DNA of 64,000 nucleotides from an uncultured archaeon (GTDB lineage Archaea; Thermoproteota; Nitrososphaeria; Nitrososphaerales; Gagatemarchaeaceae). How positions within the stretch are numbered: the first letter of the stretch is position 1; every line of letters starts with the position of its first letter. Both the position numbers and the translations under genes were made by a program. Under the pieces are notes generated by a model. That model worked only from the letters and a program-made list of their open reading frames with translations. It did not search any database and was not told where the DNA came from. The stretch is from NCBI GenBank assembly GCA_963799775.1, contig CAWCYD010000003.1:1824001-1888000 (forward strand). The letters are read 5' to 3'. This document shows positions 57,575 to 64,000 of the stretch, piece after piece.

Positions 57575-57650
57575 GGCGACCAGTTCAGCCCGTCCACTAC
57601 CTATAGCTCGACGTGTGGATGAAATGCCCCGGCGGAGGCGCAATGAAACC
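57575..57650 (+). repeat. Long repeat copy: 23S 3' end plus BHB arm
   Basis: GGCGACCAGTTCAGCCCGTCCACTACCTATAGCTC...GGCGCAATGAA. Confidence 0.92.
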
Positions 57651-57719
57651 ACCTGAGTGGCTCGATCTCTGGCGCTTCACCCGCGGTTCCTTCGCAGACG
57701 CTCAGCCTCGCTTGGTTCT

Positions 57720-58130
57720 TCAGCCTTCTGTCTCCATCAACACCGCTTCTTCCATCTCTTCGAGAAACAGCACCCGGACGCCCCGAGCTTTGAAGAACCG
57801 GCGGAAATCACCCTCCGCGGTTTCCTTTGGATGGCTTGCATACGCCACCGCGTGCTGCACCTTGAGATCGCGAACGTCCTCCGCCTTTCTTGCTCTCATG
57901 AGGTGCTCCACATCCCTTGTCCAGTCCTCTGCGGCTCCGGCCCGCTCCCTGCATGAAACTACCATCATGACCTTGCCCTTCACACCGGCGACCTCGGTGG
58001 CAGCCTTGTGACCGGGGTGCTTGAGCGGATGCGGCGCCTCGATTTCAGTCAGGCTGTATCCTTCTACGATCGTCAGGTAATCCTTGACGAGCTCCTCAAG
58101 ATAATCGCCGAGCTCCTCCGCCACAGGCAA
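57720..58130 (-). CDS. Cassette: hypothetical protein
   Basis: 136-aa ORF filling the inter-repeat space. Confidence 0.55.
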   Translation of the reverse strand: MPVAEELGDYLEELVKDYLTIVEGYSLTEIEAPHPLKHPGHKAATEVAGVKGKVMMVVSCRERAGAAEDWTRDVEHLMRARKAEDVRDLKVQHAVAYASHPKETAEGDFRRFFKARGVRVLFLEEMEEAVLMETEG

Positions 58131-58271
58131 CTGAAATCGACCGTGCCGACTTAGCTTTACCTACTCCGCGTGAACGCGCGGATGAGAATGCCCCGGCGGA
58201 GGCGGAACGAGCCCTCATGCATGGCGAAACACCCTTAGCAATGCGAGCCGGTTGCTGTCGTCTGAGATGGA

Positions 58272-59150
58272 GTGCGTCGAGTCCTAGCAATTGGAATCAT
58301 CTTGATTCTTCTCTGCGGTGCAGCTGGTTACATCGCTTTCCTGGAGCTTCAAACTTCTACTGCATCTAGTACGACAGCCGTCAGTAGCCTCACTAGTAAT
58401 TCCACAGCCCCTTCATCCTCCGAGTCCACAACTCCACAGAATGCAACACTGATCAGGGCCGTCGACTATCTCATCGACGGCTACAACCCTGACGTGGGGC
58501 TGATACCGGAAACTCCCGGCTCCTCCACCTACTGGCTCTACAGCGACAACTTTCTCGCTGCGCAAGCTCTGCTGCAGTACGGCAAGTCGAACAACACGGT
58601 GTTCGACATAGGGCAGAACATCTCGAAGACCCTGCAGAGGGATTCCGCGGGCATAGGCGCAGAGAACCAGTACGCGATGGCCCTCGGGGAAGGACCATGT
58701 CAATTCCACAGCGCCGTCGACTACAATGTGTCCTCATCAGGGGGCATCCAAATCAGGACGACCCTTAACAACGAGGCAGGGAATCTCTCTGCAAACCAGT
58801 ACGCAGACATCGCGTTCCTAACTGCAATCTGCCTTCATACAAACCAGCCCCAGGCGTTGGCGGAGTACGATGTCGGGCAGGGAATGTTCGATGGCATCGG
58901 GCTCAGGGACTTGCCCTACAACCAGTCGGAGCTCTACCAGACCTACAAACTGGCCCTCTACATCTACGCCAGCGATATCCTAAGCCAGCCAGTAAACCAG
59001 ACCGCCCTGGCCACGCTCATCAGGATGCAGGCCCCGAACGGAGGATTTTACACTGGATATGACCCAACCTATTCACCGGCAGGGACGCTCACAAACACGG
59101 AGACGACGAGCCTTGCCATCCTCGCTCTTTACAACTACTTGCAGAAGTGA
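58272..59150 (+). CDS. Cassette: secreted, probably alpha-helical barrel protein
   Basis: TM, YWLYSDNFLA, QAPNGGF..Y, NTETTSLA; stop codon lies within the repeat. Confidence 0.7.
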   Translation: MRRVLAIGIILILLCGAAGYIAFLELQTSTASSTTAVSSLTSNSTAPSSSESTTPQNATLIRAVDYLIDGYNPDVGLIPETPGSSTYWLYSDNFLAAQALLQYGKSNNTVFDIGQNISKTLQRDSAGIGAENQYAMALGEGPCQFHSAVDYNVSSSGGIQIRTTLNNEAGNLSANQYADIAFLTAICLHTNQPQALAEYDVGQGMFDGIGLRDLPYNQSELYQTYKLALYIYASDILSQPVNQTALATLIRMQAPNGGFYTGYDPTYSPAGTLTNTETTSLAILALYNYLQK

Positions 59151-59226
59151 AATGCCCCGGCGGAGGCGCAATTGACCCTGCGCAGGAAGCATCATCTTAA
59201 ATACACATACGTGCACATAATAATCA

Positions 59227-59463
59227 ATGGCCCACAAGACGATAACAATCTCAGACGACGCGTACGAGGCGCTCGCCAAATCAAAGAGAGAGAACGAGTC
59301 TTTCACCAAGGTCATACTGCGACTGACCTCTGACAAGAAAAAGGCCGCCAGGTTCTTGGAATATGTGATGAACTCTCCACCTGACGAGGAGCTCGCTCGA
59401 AGCGTCGAGAGGGCAATGGAGAAGACCCGGAAGGCGCGCCTCAAGCCCGCGAATCTGGGCTGA
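59227..59463 (+). CDS. vapB: Cassette: VapB antitoxin
   Basis: KTITISDDAYEAL...ESFTKVILRL. Confidence 0.85.
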   Translation: MAHKTITISDDAYEALAKSKRENESFTKVILRLTSDKKKAARFLEYVMNSPPDEELARSVERAMEKTRKARLKPANLG

Positions 59464-59470
59464 GCGACCT

Positions 59471-59866
59471 ATGGTGTGCCTAGACACTTCGGTGGTCGTC
59501 GCCATACTCCGAAAAGACCGAGCGGCGACTGAGAGGCTGAGGTCAGAGGTGGAAGGCGGGGGAACGTTCTCCACCACAGTGGTCACTCTGTGCGAGCTCT
59601 ACTCCGGCGCGTTTAGGGCCAGTGACCCGCAGAAAGAGGTGAAGAAAATACAAGAGTTGCTCACGAACCTGGAGGTCCTCGGGCTGGAAGAAGGTGCTGC
59701 GAGACGGTATGGGGAGCTGGTTAACGACGGGACTCTCAAGAGAGCGCCCATCGGAGACTTTGACCTGGTAATCGCCTCGATCGCCTTGGAGCAGGGAGAA
59801 AAACTGGTTACCCGCAATCTCAAGCATTTCAGCAGGGTCCCTGGACTGGTCACGGAGCAGTGGTGA
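59471..59866 (+). CDS. vapC: Cassette: VapC PIN toxin
   Basis: CLDTS, EL..G, FDLVIASIAL, TRNLKHF. Confidence 0.92.
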   Translation: MVCLDTSVVVAILRKDRAATERLRSEVEGGGTFSTTVVTLCELYSGAFRASDPQKEVKKIQELLTNLEVLGLEEGAARRYGELVNDGTLKRAPIGDFDLVIASIALEQGEKLVTRNLKHFSRVPGLVTEQW

Positions 59867-59900
59867 TCTCCGACTTCATCTTTCTTCGCGAGGGAGCGGC

Positions 59901-59986
59901 GAAGCCTTCGGGCCACCGGTTCAGCCCGTCCACTACCTATAGCTCAACGTGCGGATGAAATGCCCCGGCGGAGGCGCAATGAACCC
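59901..59986 (+). repeat. Long repeat copy with a UUCG tetraloop variant
   Basis: GAAGCC-TTCG-GGC...CCCGTCCACTACCTATAGCTCAACG...GAACCC. Confidence 0.92.
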
Positions 59987-60018
59987 TTCATGAACGGCAA
60001 AAACCTTTCAGCAAGAAT

Positions 60019-60618
60019 CTAGGGAACTAGGGTCTCCGTCGAGTTCACGGTAAGCTGAAGCGAAGTGTCCTCCACTGCATTCGGGATTGCTATGATTAGC
60101 GACATGCCGGCACGAGACCACGTGGTCGTTGGCTGCGAGTTGATGTAGACCTCAAAGCCGGGTTGTGGGAACAAACCTTCTGTCCCCCCCGAGACCGTAA
60201 GGTTACGACCCTGTGCGGCAACTGCGGAACTGATTGTGAAATTCACTGTCCAGACGTTCGAGTATGAGATGATGTGCCCCACCCCTCCGCCGCACATCGT
60301 CCCGCAAGCCGTTGGCGTGTCTGTGTAGGAATAGAAATAGGAACAGGTCGAACCGCTGAGGGGAAGGGTTGGGTTGAAGCTGACTTCAATGGATTCATTG
60401 GTCCCGCCGCTGACGCTGACCAGAGTCTGCAGGGAGTCCTGCGAAGGCGGCGGATTCGACACGACGCAGCCGTAATCAACGACACTCTTGCTTGGGGGTG
60501 GAACTGAAGGGCCAGCGGGCGACACGAACAGAGGAAAGATCACAAGGTCGAGGGCAAGAACAGACGCTATCGCAAGGGCGAGGATTGCGGCGTAACCGAG
60601 AGTGTTTCGACTTGGCAA
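60019..60618 (-). CDS. Cassette: membrane-anchored protein
   Basis: N-terminal TM, 199 aa. Confidence 0.65.
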   Translation of the reverse strand: MPSRNTLGYAAILALAIASVLALDLVIFPLFVSPAGPSVPPPSKSVVDYGCVVSNPPPSQDSLQTLVSVSGGTNESIEVSFNPTLPLSGSTCSYFYSYTDTPTACGTMCGGGVGHIISYSNVWTVNFTISSAVAAQGRNLTVSGGTEGLFPQPGFEVYINSQPTTTWSRAGMSLIIAIPNAVEDTSLQLTVNSTETLVP

Positions 60619-60800
60619 AGGCCCAAGACGCTACGGGTAAACTGCACCGGCGCGGTAAATAGCTTTGTCCGAACGTCACCGCAATGAACCCAAATGCACG
60701 GCGAATGCCCTGCGTACTTTCATTTTAGCAGAGCCTAGCGGAGGCTGGAACGTTCGGACAAATCCTTAATCGAAACCTTACGCTTGCGGACTACTGAACG

Positions 60801-61542
60801 GTGCAATTGAGGAGCGCATTTGTGGTAGCAATCGTCCTGATCCTAGTCGCTGCCAGCTTGGGCGCGGGCTACGCTGTCGGCAATTCGACCAAGGGCATAG
60901 AGACTGAAACCTCGACGGTAGTCTCCACCGCCACGCTAACAAAGGTGTCGACATCCACTGCAACGACAACGGTCAGCAGCGTATCGACGCAATCTTTCAC
61001 ACAGACCATCCCCTCGGACTGTCTCGTCAGCAATGTGTCGGGCTACTCGTTCGGCACCATCGCCATTGGGACAACCTCTCCCGCGATAGTCTGCGTCCAG
61101 CTCTATGAATTCAACGCCACCTCGACGGCCGTCCTGGACCCGGCCAGTCTCATCACCATCTATGGCGACGAGATTTCCAACGCCACTTCGAACTTCACAA
61201 TCACAGCAAGCGCCAGTAACATCGACCTGGGAGGTGCCTGCGTACTCGAATGAAGGAATCATTGTGGAATTCCACATTACGGCCAAACCAGGAATCAGCG
61301 GCACGTACTGGTTCCAGATACAACACGCGTGGTACCTTGAGGGTGCCGGAGCGACAGAAGCGGGCCCGAACGGCGTGCTGGTGGCCGGAACGGGCCAGCC
61401 AGACTATGTGCCTTCCACCTCCACCATATTGCCCTTGGAAGTAGGCTGCACCTCGCCGTTCAACGTACCCGGAGTAGGATCCAGCATCTGCGCAAGCGTC
61501 CTGTATTACCGAATCACCGACGTGACAAACTCAACGCAGTAG
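60801..61542 (+). CDS. Cassette: membrane-anchored protein (frameshift near 61235)
   Basis: N-terminus (RSAFVVAIVLILVAASLGAGY) closely matches that of 55670. Confidence 0.6.
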
Positions 61543-61635
61543 GCTAGGCGGAGGCGCAATGAACCCAATGTGGGGCTGTCGAGCAGAACGAGACGCGTTT
61601 CTCCTTTTATATCGCCGGCCGCTGTTGTATCTGGC

Positions 61636-61921
61636 ATGGAAGTGACGCAGAAGGAGTTGGAAAAGGCGATGAAGGAAATCGACAAGAAACTAGCTCTTCC
61701 AGACGAGAAGTTCGAAAAGTACGCGAGTGACCTTCTTGAGCGCGCGGTCAAGGGACTACGAAGAAGCCGCTAAGCTGTATCAGTTCCTCTCCAGACTAGA
61801 GCACGTTCAGGTGAGAAGAGCCTTGCAGGCTTCTAGGCTCGCGCCTGACGAACTGGGGAACGAACTCGTCGTCCTCGCTGCGATTATGGAAATCAGAGAC
61901 CGCATAGGAGAGCCAACGTAG
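61636..61921 (+). CDS. Cassette: two overlapping small ORFs (61636-61773, 61727-61921)
   Basis: Same architecture as 54634-54917. Confidence 0.45.
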
Positions 61922-61992
61922 CGACCAGTTCTAGTGCGCTACCTGTAGCTCAACGTGTGAGTGAAATGCCCCGGCGGAGGCGCAATGAACCC
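61921..61992 (+). repeat. Long repeat copy (degenerate)
   Basis: GCGACCAGTTC...CTACCTGTAGCTCAACGTGTGAGTGAAATGCCCC...GAACCC. Confidence 0.88.
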
Positions 61993-62054
61993 TGTGTATG
62001 GCGAACGTCACGATCTTGAACTCCTGCAAAGAGATGGATTCCCGCAGGACTTTC

Positions 62055-63206
62055 TCAAGGAACTTGTTCCAGAAAGCTGTTGTTGTTCTCTCCAATCATG
62101 ACCCGGCCTCCATCCTGATAGGGAACGACTATGAGGTTGGTGGCTGATTCCCCTGTGTAGCCAAACGTGTAGAGCGACGGATACGACTCAAGCTGGTTCG
62201 CTGAATCCATGTAGAGCAATGCCAGAGTCGAGTTCATCTCGAGGAACCTAGTCGTTTGTCCGCAACAGTACGCTGCCCAAACCAGATCAGAGTCATACGA
62301 TTCGATATTCCCTATCTGTTGACCCCACGGCCAGAGCGTAGGTTTCACGACTATTGATGCAGACGTGACGTTTCGGATTGGGATGTGGACAATGCCGAAT
62401 GTGTCGTTGTTAGCCGCAAACGTTCCGTTGCCGAACGGGTTGTCAGACATCCTGATCTCTATCCCGGCATTGTAGACGTCGACTGAAGTGGTGAGCCGCA
62501 CATCCAGTGGGAGCGAGTAGTTTGACGTAGAGCCAAGGAACGAACCGAAGGCATAAGTTGTCTTTCCGTTCAATTCTCCATTCCGACCGTTTCCGTACGA
62601 ATCCAGAGTGACGTTCGCATTACTCCCGGTCTCGTTGAAGATGAGGCCATCGAAGTCCCTGACCTCTTGTGTAGTTGTATTCGCGAAGGGCACCACGTTT
62701 TGCGCCCAGAACAACTCGCTCCCATGGGCCGTGGTAACGACCACGTTCACGTTCATTTGGAGGCTTGCGCATTGCGTACACGCCAATACCGAGTAGGTTG
62801 GAGCTATGGAGTAGTCCCAATTTGTAGAAGCTGAGAGCGCGCTGATATCGGCCTGCCCAACGACCTCTGTTGTGTTTATGGAATACGATTGTAGCGACCC
62901 TGAATAGTTGTAGACGCCATACGAGGCTATCCCAATGGGGGATGCTTCGGTCGGGCGATTGAGAAGGTATTCAAATTGTGAGCTGTCTAGAAATTGTCCC
63001 CAATCGAAAGCCTGGGAAGACCCGGTGGCAGTCGTCGGAGACGACGTAGAACTGGTCGGAGTTACAGCAGTCCTGGTCAACATACTTGATTCGAGAGAGA
63101 CGCCGATAAGAAGAGCAATCAAGCCTGCTACGACGGTAACCATGACCGCCGACCGAGAGACAGCGTGTCTTCGCTTCAAGATCATTATTGCAGGCCCAGG
63201 GACCAA
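62055..63206 (-). CDS. Cassette: thermopsin-family protease
   Basis: PIGIASYG, SLQMNVNV, FWAQNV, TGESA. Confidence 0.78.
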   Translation of the reverse strand: MVPGPAIMILKRRHAVSRSAVMVTVVAGLIALLIGVSLESSMLTRTAVTPTSSTSSPTTATGSSQAFDWGQFLDSSQFEYLLNRPTEASPIGIASYGVYNYSGSLQSYSINTTEVVGQADISALSASTNWDYSIAPTYSVLACTQCASLQMNVNVVVTTAHGSELFWAQNVVPFANTTTQEVRDFDGLIFNETGSNANVTLDSYGNGRNGELNGKTTYAFGSFLGSTSNYSLPLDVRLTTSVDVYNAGIEIRMSDNPFGNGTFAANNDTFGIVHIPIRNVTSASIVVKPTLWPWGQQIGNIESYDSDLVWAAYCCGQTTRFLEMNSTLALLYMDSANQLESYPSLYTFGYTGESATNLIVVPYQDGGRVMIGENNNSFLEQVP

Positions 63207-63304
63207 GGCGAAGCCAGCATTTTAATCGAGAGTCTATGGATTACTGGGCCCCGGTGGAGGCGCAATGAACCCCATGCGCGGCAACTAAATCCCCAAATGC
63301 TAGG

Positions 63305-63739
63305 TTGATTCTTCGCTGGCTTGTGGAGTCTCTACGCTACCCCTCGGTATCCGATGTGGTCGAGGTGAACAGGAGGGTCACAAAACTAACAGAAGATGAA
63401 CATCACATCGACGAGTATGATAGAGAGCGATTATCCAAGTTACTCGACGAGGTTCAGAACATCGGCAACTCCATCAGAAACCCGAGGCAGAGGATCATAG
63501 CCAAGTCGTCTTACCTGCTCTACTGCATTGCCGCTCGACAATTCTTTCACGAAGGAAACAAGAGAACAGCGTACACCGTCACCATGACGTTCTTGATTCT
63601 GAACGGCTACTCCATGCCTTCTAGAGATCCCAAGCGAGAAAAGATGCTCGACCTGATAGCCATGGGCCACCCAAGCATAACATTATTAGAGTTGGAGAAG
63701 CTAATGAGAAAACTGGTAACCAAGAGGGAGAACCCATGA
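63305..63739 (+). CDS. Cassette: Fic/Doc-family protein
   Basis: QFFHEGNKRTA (the motif His is replaced by Gln), FLILNGY. Confidence 0.8.
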   Translation: MILRWLVESLRYPSVSDVVEVNRRVTKLTEDEHHIDEYDRERLSKLLDEVQNIGNSIRNPRQRIIAKSSYLLYCIAARQFFHEGNKRTAYTVTMTFLILNGYSMPSRDPKREKMLDLIAMGHPSITLLELEKLMRKLVTKRENP

Positions 63740-63858
63740 GCAAGACAAGCCAAGAGATCAAGGTACCCAGGACTGACACTGAATTTGTCCGCCTAGCCAA
63801 GCAAGTAATCGCAAAAGAGAGGGACTATCTCATCTACATCGGCTCTGAGAAGCGCTAG
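63736..63858 (+). CDS. Small ORF coupled to the Doc gene, possible antitoxin
   Basis: ATGA overlap, 40 aa. Confidence 0.45.
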   Translation: MSKTSQEIKVPRTDTEFVRLAKQVIAKERDYLIYIGSEKR

Positions 63859-64000
63859 CGACCAACGAGTGCCTGTCAGCGACATACAACCCTGGGGATT
63901 TACTCTGGCGTTGATTCGGGAAAAATGCGACTGGAAGGGGTGCAGTAACAAGGCATATCGCGAAGTAGACTATTTCACCAACAAGCCTCTCAGACAGAAG

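Larger units (their letters stand above)
43444..63272 (+). repeat. Direct-repeat cassette array; consensus ATGCCCCGGCGGAGGCGCAATGAACCC plus a variable tail
   Basis: 24 same-orientation cores at about 43444 (native), 44252, 44981, 46071, 48166, 48576, 49304, 50131, 51638, 52568, 53358, 53769, 54535, 54922, 55536, 56941, 57624, 58188, 59152, 59960, 60680, 61547, 61966, 63248; core-less relic at 50845. Confidence 0.95.

Noticed and set aside
43444-63272. CRISPR array (repeats plus a Cas1-like gene in the window)
   Set aside because: Spacers are 0.4-2 kb and contain whole genes, repeat length varies, and the repeat is an rRNA processing arm

Overview
Archaeal genomic window. The 16S sequence, BHB tRNA introns and a 16S-23S operon without tRNA-Ala or 5S point to a high-GC, probably non-ammonia-oxidising Nitrososphaerota; this assignment is inference. 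Layout: (1) 1-10.5 kb is a lower-GC island with secreted proteins, an intron-containing tRNA-Thr, an intact TnpB and a solo wHTH-Zn-Cas1-like gene; (2) 10.6-37.5 kb holds housekeeping genes (valS, queC, prf1, pyrH, cysS, korAB with an intein, two-intron tRNA-Leu), interrupted at 18-22 kb by a relic cassette cluster; (3) 37.7-43.4 kb is the 16S-23S operon, with two group I introns in the 23S; (4) 43.4-64 kb is an integron-like array of about 25 compact cassettes (secreted proteins, toxin-antitoxin pairs). The same-orientation repeat between cassettes is the 3' arm of the pre-23S bulge-helix-bulge (BHB) processing stem, sometimes with up to ~65 nt of the 23S 3' end. Two candidate undescribed systems stand out: the rRNA-BHB-anchored cassette array, and a TnpB whose predicted guide matches the intron-less form of the adjacent tRNA-Thr next to a TTAC motif. 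Frameshifts in several essential genes suggest assembly errors. Products were assigned from motifs read by eye; no searches were run.
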